DNA of 32,000 bases, taken from Longivirga aurantiaca. GTDB taxonomy: Bacteria > Actinomycetota > Actinomycetes > S36-B12 > CAIYMF01. The stretch spans positions 990,001 to 1,022,000 of the forward strand of contig NZ_JBHSTI010000008.1 in assembly GCF_042660085.1 (NCBI RefSeq), in the 5' to 3' direction. Every line of letters begins with the position of its first letter. Position 1 is the first letter of the stretch. Made by a program: the position numbers and the translations under genes. The notes under the pieces were generated by a model that did not search any database, was not told the DNA's origin, and saw nothing but the letters and a program-made list of their open reading frames with translations. Positions 19,101-27,001 of the stretch are shown in pieces.

Positions 19101-20784
19101 CGCGGTCGGGGATCGTGCCGCCGCTGGTGACCGCGAGCCGCTGCGCACCCGGGCGCCCTGTGAGCACGCCGCTCGTCCTGTCCCACACGAGGCGCGGTCG
19201 CAGCTCGGCGAACTCGTCGCTCGGGTAGCGGCCGGCGAGCATGTCGAGCACCGCGTCGTACGCCGACTGCGGCAGCGTGGCGAACGGTGCGGCCCGGCGT
19301 ACGAGCGCGAGGACGTCGTCGACGTGCCACTCGTCGAGCGCGCACATCGCCACGACCTGCTGGGCCAGGACGTCGAGGGGGTTGCGCGGCATGCCCATCT
19401 CCTCGATGAGCCCGTCGCGCATGCGTTCGACGACGACCGCCGTCTGCACGAGGTCGCCGCGGTACTTCGGGAACACCACGCCCGTGGACACCGCGCCCAC
19501 CTGGTGACCGGCACGGCCCACGCGCTGCAGGCCGCTCGCGACCGAGGGCGGCGACTCGACCTGCACGACGAGGTCGACCGCACCCATGTCGATGCCGAGC
19601 TCGAGGCTGCTGGTCGCGACGACAGCCGGGAGACGGCCGGACTTCAGGTCGTCCTCGATGAGGGCGCGCTGCTCCTTGCTCACCGAGCCGTGGTGGGCGC
19701 GCGCGAGCACCTGCGGCGCGCCGCCCGTCGAGCCGGCCTGGCCCATGGACGCCGCAGGCGCGCCGCCGGTCTCGAGCTCCTCGCCGGTGGTGCGCTCGAC
19801 CCAGATCTCGTTGAGCCGTGCGGTGAGGCGCTCGGCGAGGCGGCGCGAGTTGGCGAACACGATGGTCGACCGGTGCGACGCGACGAGGTCGACGACGCGC
19901 TCCTCGAGGTGCGGCCAGATCGACGTGCGCCGCTCGTCGCCGGCAGCCGAGCCGTCGACCTCGCCGGTCGAGGCCCCGAGCTCGGCCATGTCGTCGACGG
20001 GCACGACCACCGAGAGGTCGACCGTCTTCTGCGACGGCGGCTGCACGACCGTGACCGGACGGGAGCCCCCGAGGAACGTCGCGACCTCGTCGACCGGCCG
20101 CACCGTGGCCGACAGGCCGATGCGCTGCGCCGGCTGCTCGAGCAGGGCGTCGAGGCGCTCGAGCGAGATGGCGAGGTGCGCACCGCGCTTGGTGCCCGCC
20201 ATCGCGTGCACCTCGTCGAGGATCACGGTGCGGACGCCGCGCAGCGACTCGCGCGCCTGCGAGGTGAGCAGCAGGAACAGCGACTCGGGCGTGGTGATGA
20301 GGACGTCGGGCGGGCGCGTGGTGAACCGGCGCCGCTCGTCCGCCGGGGTGTCGCCGGAGCGCACGCCCACCGTGACGTCGGGCTCGGGCAGCCCCAGCCG
20401 CACGGCCTCGCGCCGGATGCCCGTGAGCGGGCTGCGCAGGTTGCGCTCGACGTCGGCCGCGAGCGCCTTCAACGGCGAGACGTAGAGGACCCGGCACCGG
20501 GCCTTCGGATCGTCGGGCAGGGGTTCTGCGGCGAGCCCGTCGAGCGCCCAGAGGAACGCCGCGAGGGTCTTGCCCGAGCCGGTCGGCGCGACGACCAGGG
20601 CGTGCTGGCCCGAGGAGATCGCGTCCCACGCGCCCACCTGCGCGGGTGTCGCGGCCTCGAAGGCCGAGCCGAACCACGCCTGCGTGGCGGGGGAGAACCG
20701 GCCGAGGACGTCGCTCGCCGCGGGCTGCGCTGCCACCCCGTGCGCCGCAGGCGGCGCGGGCACGGCGTCCTTCCTGCGGGTCAC
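16141..20784 (-). CDS. lhr: ATP-dependent helicase, Lhr family
   Basis: VVAPTGSGKTLAAFLWALDG; VILDEVHAMAGTKRGAHLAISLERL; SSLELGIDMGAVDLVVQVESPPSVASGLQRVGRAGHQVG; 1547-aa length typical of bacterial Lhr. GTG start 20784. Confidence 0.93.
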   Translation of the reverse strand: MTRRKDAVPAPPAAHGVAAQPAASDVLGRFSPATQAWFGSAFEAATPAQVGAWDAISSGQHALVVAPTGSGKTLAAFLWALDGLAAEPLPDDPKARCRVLYVSPLKALAADVERNLRSPLTGIRREAVRLGLPEPDVTVGVRSGDTPADERRRFTTRPPDVLITTPESLFLLLTSQARESLRGVRTVILDEVHAMAGTKRGAHLAISLERLDALLEQPAQRIGLSATVRPVDEVATFLGGSRPVTVVQPPSQKTVDLSVVVPVDDMAELGASTGEVDGSAAGDERRTSIWPHLEERVVDLVASHRSTIVFANSRRLAERLTARLNEIWVERTTGEELETGGAPAASMGQAGSTGGAPQVLARAHHGSVSKEQRALIEDDLKSGRLPAVVATSSLELGIDMGAVDLVVQVESPPSVASGLQRVGRAGHQVGAVSTGVVFPKYRGDLVQTAVVVERMRDGLIEEMGMPRNPLDVLAQQVVAMCALDEWHVDDVLALVRRAAPFATLPQSAYDAVLDMLAGRYPSDEFAELRPRLVWDRTSGVLTGRPGAQRLAVTSGGTIPDRGLFGVFLVGEKVSRVGELDEEMVYESRVGDVFALGASSWRIEDITHDRVLVSPAPGLAGRLPFWHGDSIGRPYELGRAMGAYVREVGALARGKAEKRLSDSGLDDNAVTNLLAYLDDQKAATVHLPDDRTIVVEKVRDELGDWRIVVHSPFGARVHAPWALAIGARVRERHGVDAQVMHADDGIVLRLPDVEDDEVMRGVLESTLLDPDEVEALVTAEAGGSALFASRFRESAARALLLPRRNPGKRSPLWQQRQRSAQLLSVASQYGSFPIVLETMREVLQDVYDVPGLVSLMRSVQSREVRVVEVETQTPSPFARSLLFGYVAQYLYEGDSPLAERRAAALTLDSTLLAELLGQAELRDLLDADALAQVEAELQRLVPERHARDAEGVADLLRMLGPLTRAALHARGAQAEWIDSLLAARRAIEVRVGGETAVASVEDAARLRDALGTALPVGLPDAFLEPVTDPVGDLVSRWARTHGPFHASEAAAAFGLGTAVVTAALARLAASGRVVSGEFRPGGSGSEWCDADVLRLIRRRSVAALRREAEPVPPEALGVFLPAWQNVGPGSGRRLRGADGVLRVVEQLAGVIVPASAWESLVLPSRVEGYQPGMLDELTAAGEVVWTGAGSLPGGDGWIALAPADTADLVLPDVLDLEQSPVHGAVLDTLSSGGGWFFRALSDRVGPVVNPGGGGVDDASLVEALWDLVWTGHVAGDTWAPLRSHLSGSSRKPRTAAAAPRIGPRGRYARPARPGMPTRSGPPSVSGRWSLVPPRSADATLRAAALAEGLLDRHGVVTRGAVAAERVSGGFAGVYRVLSAFEDAGRCRRGYVVEGLGAAQFSLPGAIDRVRASVPTGRDLDAPPRALVLAATDPANPYGAALGWPPRPEDVASGHKPGRKAGALVVLVDGALALYVERGGRTLLSWTDDEAVLAAAAAELTRAVRTGALGRLTVTTADGGSVLAPASTLGNALEAAGFVATPQGLRLRG

Positions 20785-20835
20785 CGCCCCATCCTGGCCC
20801 CTGCCCCCGACACCCGCGCCCCCCGGTCCCGGACG

Positions 20836-20897
20836 CGAGTTACTGCCCGAAGTGGGGCGATGGCCGCTGCCAACACCCCGCTTCGGGCAGTAACTCG
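20836..20897. repeat. 62-nt near-perfect palindrome between lhr and the small membrane-protein gene
   Basis: CGAGTTACTGCCCGAAG-T-GGGG-CGA-TGGC-CGCT-GCCA-ACA-CCCC-G-CTTCGGGCAGTAACTCG. Outer 17 bp is perfect. Confidence 0.9.
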
Positions 20898-20932
20898 GAG
20901 AACGGCGTGGACGGGTGGGGCAGGATCGGGGC

Positions 20933-21121
20933 ATGACCGCACAGCTCCTCGCCGCCGACGGGCCGGGCGTCCTCGGCTGGGTCGTCGTGATCGTGATCCT
21001 GCTCGTGCTGGCCGCGGTGCTCATGGCCGTCGTACGCCGGGGCCGCGCAGGCGGTGCGATCAGCCCGATCGACCAGCCCCGGACGCCGCCGCCCGGCGAC
21101 GACCCGCCGCCCGCCGCCTGA
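20933..21121 (+). CDS. Small single-pass membrane protein (62 aa) with Pro-rich C-terminus
   Basis: MTAQLLAADGPGVLGWVVVIVILLVLAAVLMAVVRRGRAGGAISPIDQPRTPPPGDDPPPAA. TM helix plus positive-inside charges; followed by a strong terminator. Confidence 0.7.
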   Translation: MTAQLLAADGPGVLGWVVVIVILLVLAAVLMAVVRRGRAGGAISPIDQPRTPPPGDDPPPAA

Positions 21122-21133
21122 CGCTGCGCTGCC

Positions 21134-21181
21134 GTACGACGAAGGCCGCCGTCCCTCGCGGGGAGGCGGCCTTCGTCGTAC
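21134..21181. terminator. Bidirectional terminator, 17-bp perfect stem
   Basis: GTACGACGAAGGCCGCC / GGCGGCCTTCGTCGTAC between convergent 20933-21121 (+) and the MFS gene (-). Confidence 0.88.
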
Positions 21182-21190
21182 GCGCCAGGA

Positions 21191-22777
21191 TCAGTCGAGC
21201 GACATCGGCAGGGGCACGGCTGCGTCGTCGGCGAGCTCGTTCTCGACGTCGCGCTTGGTCTTGAGGCGCACCTCCGGCAGCAGCCACGCGAGCAGGAACG
21301 CCACCACCATGAACGGCACCGCGACGAGGAACGTGGTGTCGATCGCGTCGGCGAAGGCCTGGAGCACGGTCGCCTGGATGTCCGGCGGGAGCGCCTGGAT
21401 GCTGCCGATGGACGACGTGGCGTCGCCGATCTGGCCGCTGCCGCCCGGGAAGGCTGCGTTGAGCTCGGCGGCCAGGCGAGCGGTCCACACCGCGCCGAAG
21501 AACGCCGTGCCGAACGAGCCTCCGATGGATCGGAAGAACGTGGATCCGGAGGTGGCCGCGCCCATCTGCTGCGGCGCCACCGTGTTCTGCACCGCGAGCA
21601 CGAGCGTCTGCATCACGTTGCCGAGGCCGGCACCGAGGATGAACATCGCGAGCGCGTTGTACCAGTACGGCGAGTCGACGCCGAGCTTGCTCATCATGTA
21701 GATGCCGACGGCGGCGAGGCCCGTCCCGATGATCGGGAACATCTTGTAGCGGCCCATGCGGGCGATGAGCTGCCCCGACAGGATCGAGGTGATGAGGATG
21801 CCGAGCATGAGCGGCAGCAGCATCAGACCTGCCTGCGTCGGCGTCGCTCCGCGCACGACCTGGAAGTAGATGGACAGGTAGACGATCGACCCGAACATCG
21901 CGAAGCCCACGATGAAGCCGACCATCGAGCTGACGCGGAACACCCTGTTGGAGAACAGCGACATCGGGACGATCGGCTCCTCGGTGCGCAGCTCGTGCCA
22001 CACGAAGAGCGCGAGGGCGGCGACGCCGCCGAGAGCCAGGCCGATGATGGTGGGGCTGGTCCAGTCGTACTCCTGACCGCCCCAGACCGTGACGAGCAGA
22101 ACCATCGTGACGCCCGCGACGAGCAGCGCCGAGCCCAGCCAGTCGATCGGCTTCTTCTCGTGCAGCACCGGCAGGTGCAGGAAGATCGCGAGCGCGGCGA
22201 AGGCGGCGATGCCCAGCGGGACGTTGATGTAGAAGATCCAGCGCCACGACAGCTGCTCGGTGAAGAAGCCGCCGAGCAGCGGGCCGATCACCGAGGAGAG
22301 GCCGAACACGGCGCCGAACAGACCGGCGTAGCGGCCGCGGTCGCGCGGCGGGATGAGGTCGGCGATGACCGCCATGACCAGCACCATGATGCCGCCGCCG
22401 CCGATGCCCTGGAGCGCGCGCGTCCCGATGAGCTGGGCCATGTTCTGCGACAGGCCGGCGAGCATCGAGGCCGCGACGAAGACGGCCACGGCCGACTGCA
22501 GCATGACCTTGCGGCCGTAGAGGTCCGAGAGCTTGCCCCAGATGGGGGTGGACGCCGTCGAGGCGAGCAGGTACGCCGTGATCACCCACGACAGCTCCTG
22601 CAGGCCGCCGAGGTCGGACGTGATCGTCGGGAGCGCGGTCGAGACGATGGTCTGGTCGAGCGCCGCGAGGAGCATCGTGAGCATGAGCGCGGACAGGATC
22701 CAGCGCAGGTGCTTGCGGCTCTCGGCCACCTCGGGGTCGAAGACGAATTCCGCGCGTGCGGAGTCGGGCGTGCTCAT
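21191..22777 (-). CDS. MFS transporter, DHA2/EmrB-QacA type
   Basis: LAALDQTIVSTALPTITSDLGG and GKLSDLYGRKVML; multi-TM 528 aa. Confidence 0.93.
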   Translation of the reverse strand: MSTPDSARAEFVFDPEVAESRKHLRWILSALMLTMLLAALDQTIVSTALPTITSDLGGLQELSWVITAYLLASTASTPIWGKLSDLYGRKVMLQSAVAVFVAASMLAGLSQNMAQLIGTRALQGIGGGGIMVLVMAVIADLIPPRDRGRYAGLFGAVFGLSSVIGPLLGGFFTEQLSWRWIFYINVPLGIAAFAALAIFLHLPVLHEKKPIDWLGSALLVAGVTMVLLVTVWGGQEYDWTSPTIIGLALGGVAALALFVWHELRTEEPIVPMSLFSNRVFRVSSMVGFIVGFAMFGSIVYLSIYFQVVRGATPTQAGLMLLPLMLGILITSILSGQLIARMGRYKMFPIIGTGLAAVGIYMMSKLGVDSPYWYNALAMFILGAGLGNVMQTLVLAVQNTVAPQQMGAATSGSTFFRSIGGSFGTAFFGAVWTARLAAELNAAFPGGSGQIGDATSSIGSIQALPPDIQATVLQAFADAIDTTFLVAVPFMVVAFLLAWLLPEVRLKTKRDVENELADDAAVPLPMSLD

Positions 22778-23235
22778 GCGGTGGGCTCCAGGTCGTGGGC
22801 GAGACGGGTCATGAGGTGCGCGAGCGTGGCGCGGTCCGCGTCGGACCAGCCCGCCGTCGCGGTGGCGATCAGCTCGGTGCGGGCGCGTACGGCGCGGTCG
22901 AGCACGTCGCGTCCGGCGTCGGAGAGGTCGAGCAGGGTGGCCCGGCCGTCGGCGGGGTCGGGGGAGCGGGTGACGAGACCCTGCTCCTCGAGGCCGCGCA
23001 GGTGCCGGCTGACCGTGGACAGGTCGAGGCAGGCGTACGAGGCGAGGTCGCTCATCCGCACCGGCGCGTGCCGGTCGACATGGCTGAGCAGGAAGGTGCG
23101 GGCCGAGGTGTCGGCGTCGCCCGAGCGGCGTCGCAGCTGGGTGATCACCGCGGTGAACGACCGGAAGAACGCATCGTCCGGAGCGTCCGCGTCGGCCCGG
23201 GACGCCCGATCGGACTCAGTGGTTGCTTGCACCAT
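22774..23235 (-). CDS. MarR family transcriptional regulator
   Basis: MSDLASYACLDLSTVSRHLRGLEEQGLVTRSPDPADGRATLLDLSDAGR wHTH. ATGA overlap with the MFS start; ATG at 23235 preferred over the longer ORF. Confidence 0.9.
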   Translation of the reverse strand: MVQATTESDRASRADADAPDDAFFRSFTAVITQLRRRSGDADTSARTFLLSHVDRHAPVRMSDLASYACLDLSTVSRHLRGLEEQGLVTRSPDPADGRATLLDLSDAGRDVLDRAVRARTELIATATAGWSDADRATLAHLMTRLAHDLEPTA

Positions 23236-23243
23236 GCAAGTAA
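23223..23243. promoter_or_regulatory. Putative MarR operator overlapping the marR start codon
   Basis: TTGCTTGCA-CCA-TGCAAGTAA, 9-bp arms with one mismatch. Confidence 0.5.
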
Positions 23244-23332
23244 AGGTAGCCGAGGTCGAAGGATTCGCCAAACGAGCCCGTGCCTCGAGGCTCCGGTGGG
23301 ACAGTCGCGTCGACGCGAGGTGGGGTGAGGAC

Positions 23333-24001
23333 GTGGACCGCGACCTGGTCGACCAGGTGATCGAGACCGCGAACCGGGTGGCGGGGTCGGGCGCCATCGG
23401 GCCGAACATGCACGGCAACGTGAGCGTGCGCGTCCCGGGGGAGGACGAGTTCTACTTCACGGGCGGGCCGTCGATGCGCGATCACCCGCGCGACCTCGTC
23501 GTACGCGTGGGCCTCGACGGGACGCTGCGCGAGGGGACGCTGGCGCCGGTCCAGGGCGCGGTCGTGGACATGCACGCCTCGCGGTACCTCGACGAACGGG
23601 CAGTCGGGTGCGTGCTCCACACGCACTCGCCGTTCGCCACCGCATACGCCGTGGCGCAGAGGCCCATCGGGTGCTGGATCGAGGCGCTCGCGATGTTCGG
23701 CCTCCCGTCCGGGGTGCCGCTGGCCGGCTACGGGCCGCGCGGCTCCGCTGAGGCGATCGCCCACATCCGCGCCGCGGTGGTGCCGGGGGTCCCCGCAGTC
23801 CTCCTGGCCAACCACGGCGTGCTCGTGTTCCACCGCACCACCGACCTCGCAGTGCTCGTGGGCGGCGTCGTCGAGGAGGCGGCTGCGGCCGCCTACCGCG
23901 CCCAGGCGCTCGGCGGCCCGGTCGAGATCCCGGAGACCCAGCGTGCCGCCGCGCTCCAGCGGGCGATGTCCTTCGCTGCCGAGGGCGACCGGACCGCCTG
24001 A
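23333..24001 (+). CDS. Class II aldolase/adducin family protein
   Basis: GNVSVRVPGEDEFYFTGGPSM, VVDMHASRYLDERAVGCVLHTHSPFATAYA, ANHGVLVFHRTTDLAV. GTG start with upstream GGTGAGG; an in-frame ATG at 23234 is an alternative. Confidence 0.87.
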   Translation: MDRDLVDQVIETANRVAGSGAIGPNMHGNVSVRVPGEDEFYFTGGPSMRDHPRDLVVRVGLDGTLREGTLAPVQGAVVDMHASRYLDERAVGCVLHTHSPFATAYAVAQRPIGCWIEALAMFGLPSGVPLAGYGPRGSAEAIAHIRAAVVPGVPAVLLANHGVLVFHRTTDLAVLVGGVVEEAAAAAYRAQALGGPVEIPETQRAAALQRAMSFAAEGDRTA

Positions 24002-24034
24002 GCCGGTCCGAGGGTCAGCAGCCACAATGGTCGC

Positions 24035-24229
24035 GTGCGGCTGACCGAGCTCTGGCGACGCCTCGACGAGGCGCTCGGGGAGGGCTATGCCCGCTCCTGG
24101 GCCGCGGACTTCCACATCAGCGCCCTCGGCGGCCGCACGGTGCTCGAGGCGATCGACGCGGGCATCGAGACCGTCGACATCTGGCGCGCCGTCCACGCCG
24201 CGCTCGCCCTGCCGGCCAACCAGCGCTGA
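24035..24229 (+). CDS. DUF3046 family protein
   Basis: MRLTELWRRLDEALGEGYARSWAADFHISALGGRTVLEAIDAGIETVDIWRAVHAALALPANQR; typical DUF3046 pattern and position upstream of recA. Confidence 0.88.
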   Translation: MRLTELWRRLDEALGEGYARSWAADFHISALGGRTVLEAIDAGIETVDIWRAVHAALALPANQR

Positions 24230-24303
24230 TCCGCCGTACGCCGCCCCGCGCGCACCGGCTGCCCTGGACAGATGTTCGAACTTCCCGGCGTGTCGCTCTA
24301 GGA

Positions 24304-24319
24304 TCGAACAGGCGTTCGA
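24304..24319. promoter_or_regulatory. LexA-binding SOS box upstream of recA
   Basis: Perfect palindrome TCGAAC-AGGC-GTTCGA. Possible -35 TTCGAA (24275) and -10 TAGGAT (24299), 18-nt spacer. Confidence 0.88.
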
Positions 24320-24471
24320 CCTAGTCTGGGCGCACGCACTCGAGCTCGTCCCCAGGTCGCCCGGCTCGGCCGGTCGTCCACAGGAACGGGGGAGCAGTGC
24401 CGGAGCCGCTGTCGGACCTCGTCCGTAGCGTCACCGCCATCGTCATCCGCAGCACACGAAGGCAGGTCCTC

Positions 24472-25551
24472 ATGGCCCCCTCCAAGACCCCCGGCGGCTC
24501 CGGCAGCTCCGACCGCGAGAAGGCGCTCGACACCGCCCTCGCCCAGATCGAGCGCCAGTTCGGCAAGGGCTCGGTCATGCGGCTCGGCCAGGAGGGCCGC
24601 GCCCCGATCGAGGTCATCCCCACCGGCTCCGTCGCGCTCGACGTCGCGCTCGGCATCGGCGGCCTCCCGCGCGGCCGTGTGATCGAGATCTACGGCCCCG
24701 AGTCCAGCGGGAAGACCACGCTGGCCCTGCACGCGATCGCCAACGCGCAGAAGGCCGGCGGCATCGCCGCGATCATCGACGCCGAGCACGCGCTCGACCC
24801 CGAGTACGCCAAGGCCCTCGGCGTCGACATCGACGCGCTGCTCGTGAGCCAGCCCGACAACGGCGAGCAGGCGCTCGAGATCACCGACATGCTCATCCGC
24901 TCCGGCGCCGTCAGCATCATCGTCATCGACTCCGTGGCCGCGCTCGTGCCGCGTGCGGAGATCGAGGGCGAGATGGGCGACAGCCACGTCGGCCTGCAGG
25001 CCCGCCTCATGAGCCAGGCCCTGCGCAAGCTCGCCGGCGCGCTCTCCAACTCCAACACCACCGCGATCTTCATCAACCAGCTGCGCGAGAAGATCGGCGT
25101 GATGTTCGGCTCGCCGGAGACCACCACCGGTGGCAAGGCGCTGAAGTTCTACGCATCGGTCCGCCTCGACGTCCGTCGCATCGAGACGCTGAAGGACGGC
25201 ACCGAGGCGGTGGGCAACCGCACCCGCGTCAAGGTCGTGAAGAACAAGATGGCCCCGCCCTTCAAGCAGGCCGAGTTCGACATGATCTACGGCGAGGGCA
25301 TCTCCCGCGAGGGCAGCCTCATCGACATGGGTGTCGAGCACGGCTTCGTCCGCAAGTCCGGTGCCTGGTACACCTACGAGGGCGACCAGCTCGGTCAGGG
25401 CAAGGAGAACGCCCGCACGTTCCTCAAGGACAACCCCGACCTCGCCGACGAGCTCGAGCGCAAGATCCTGGCCAAGCTCGGCATCGGCGTCCCGCTCGAG
25501 TCCGAGATCGACGACATCGTCATCCCCGACGTCGTCCCGATCGACCTCTAG
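24472..25551 (+). CDS. recA: Recombinase RecA, no intein seen
   Basis: [24 protein letters not shown]; [18 protein letters not shown]; [38 protein letters not shown]. Confidence 0.98.
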   Translation: MAPSKTPGGSGSSDREKALDTALAQIERQFGKGSVMRLGQEGRAPIEVIPTGSVALDVALGIGGLPRGRVIEIYGPESSGKTTLALHAIANAQKAGGIAAIIDAEHALDPEYAKALGVDIDALLVSQPDNGEQALEITDMLIRSGAVSIIVIDSVAALVPRAEIEGEMGDSHVGLQARLMSQALRKLAGALSNSNTTAIFINQLREKIGVMFGSPETTTGGKALKFYASVRLDVRRIETLKDGTEAVGNRTRVKVVKNKMAPPFKQAEFDMIYGEGISREGSLIDMGVEHGFVRKSGAWYTYEGDQLGQGKENARTFLKDNPDLADELERKILAKLGIGVPLESEIDDIVIPDVVPIDL

Positions 25552-25557
25552 GACGCC

Positions 25558-26169
25558 GTGTCCCTCTCACGACGTGCGTCGGCCGACGGCCCCACCGCGG
25601 GGTCGTCGGCCGACGACGTCCCGGACGCCGACCCCGTCGACGTCGCCCGCTCGGTCTGCCTGTCCCAGCTCGCGATGGGGCCGCGCACCCGCGGCCAGCT
25701 CGCGACGGTGCTGCGACGCCGGGGGATCGAGGACGACGTCGCCGCGCAGGTGCTCGACCGGTTCGAGGAGGTCGCCCTCGTCGACGACGCGGCGTTCTCG
25801 GAGAACTACGTGCAGCGCCGGCACGCGTCCTCGGGCCTCGCCCGACGCGCCCTCGGGCACGAGCTGCGGGGCAAGGGCGTCAGCGAGGCCGTGGTGTCCG
25901 AGGCGCTCGAGACCCTCGACCCGGACGACGAGCTCGCCACGGCGCGGGCGCTGGTGGCCAAGAAGCTGCCCTCGACCAAGCGGCTCGACGTCGAGTCCCG
26001 CACCCGGCGCCTCGTCGGCATGCTGGCCCGCAAGGGCTACTCCGGCGGGATGGCGATGCGGGTGGTGCGCGAGGCGCTCGCGGCGGAGAAGGAGCTCGAC
26101 GACCTCGAGCGCGCCTTCCTCGAGGGGCTCGACGGCGAGCTCTCGGACGCCGCGCGCGTGGGGGAGTAG
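25558..26169 (+). CDS. recX: Regulatory protein RecX
   Basis: Immediately downstream of recA; CLSQLAMGPRTRGQLATVLRRRGI...VLDRFEEVALVDDAAFSENYVQRRH. Confidence 0.93.
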   Translation: MSLSRRASADGPTAGSSADDVPDADPVDVARSVCLSQLAMGPRTRGQLATVLRRRGIEDDVAAQVLDRFEEVALVDDAAFSENYVQRRHASSGLARRALGHELRGKGVSEAVVSEALETLDPDDELATARALVAKKLPSTKRLDVESRTRRLVGMLARKGYSGGMAMRVVREALAAEKELDDLERAFLEGLDGELSDAARVGE

Positions 26170-26172
26170 GCG

Positions 26173-26862
26173 CTAGCTCGAGGCACTGGGCGGGGCGTCG
26201 TCCGCGCACCCGCCGTGGCCGGCCGCGAACTTCGCTGCCACCAGCTGTGCCATCTCCGGGTTCGCCCGGGCGAACTCCCTGATGGCCAGGCCCGGCAGGT
26301 CGTCGAGCCGCTTCTGCACCGTGTCGGCCAGCCGCCGCATGAGCACCGCGAGCTGCTCGACGTCCTCGCGCTCCCACTCCGAGAGCAGGATGCGGGTGAA
26401 GAAGCGCGAGATCGCCGTGGTGTCGGCCACCACGGCCCGGCCGAGCTCGGTGAGCTCCACCGTCGTGCGCCGACGGTCGGCCGGGTCCACGCCGCGCAGC
26501 ACGAGCCCGTCGTGCTCGACGTCGCCGAGCAGGCGGCTCACGGTCGAGTGCTCGAGGTCGAGCTCCTCGGCCACGTCCTTCACCGAGACCACGCCGTTGC
26601 GCTCGAAGAGCTCGGACACGGCGTCGCAGGCGAACACCTTGGCCATGTCGACCTGGCGGCCGAGCGCCGGCACCGGCACCTGGCCGGCCGGCGGGCGGAT
26701 CATCGACTTGCGGAGCTTGCGGAAGGACCGGTCGAGCGCGTCGACGAGGTCGTCCGGCAGGTGCGCCCCGGCCATATCGGGTGACGGCTCGGGCACGCGC
26801 GGTAGCGCCTCGAGGGCGGCCGCGGCCGCCTCCTCGGGGGACCTCCCGCGTGCGCTGCTCAT
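26173..26862 (-). CDS. MarR family transcriptional regulator
   Basis: VKDVAEELDLEHSTVSRLLGDVEHDGLVLRGVDPADRRRTTVELTELGRAVV wHTH; divergent from the MMPL transporter. ATG at 26862. Confidence 0.88.
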   Translation of the reverse strand: MSSARGRSPEEAAAAALEALPRVPEPSPDMAGAHLPDDLVDALDRSFRKLRKSMIRPPAGQVPVPALGRQVDMAKVFACDAVSELFERNGVVSVKDVAEELDLEHSTVSRLLGDVEHDGLVLRGVDPADRRRTTVELTELGRAVVADTTAISRFFTRILLSEWEREDVEQLAVLMRRLADTVQKRLDDLPGLAIREFARANPEMAQLVAAKFAAGHGGCADDAPPSASS

Positions 26863-26890
26863 GTCCTCACCCTCGTGGAAACTCAGTTTG

Positions 26891-26949
26891 CGTGTGTCGC
26901 ACACATACTTTACCGTACGAGATACGTGTGTAGCACATGCTTGTGTGCT
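26891..26949. promoter_or_regulatory. Operator-like dyads between marR and MMPL genes
   Basis: Direct repeat CGTGTGTNGCACA at 26891-26903 and 26925-26937 (34-bp spacing), each containing TGTG-n3-CACA, plus AGCACA-n6-TGTGCT at 26932-26949. Confidence 0.55.
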
Positions 26950-27001
26950 GACGCCTCTCGGCCACCGGGCCGTGGGGACCTCGTTCGAAGGAACTGCAGT
27001 C

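Noticed and set aside
17945-20677. 910-aa plus-strand ORF opposite lhr
   Set aside because: Arg/Ala-rich shadow ORF; minus-strand lhr carries complete helicase motifs.
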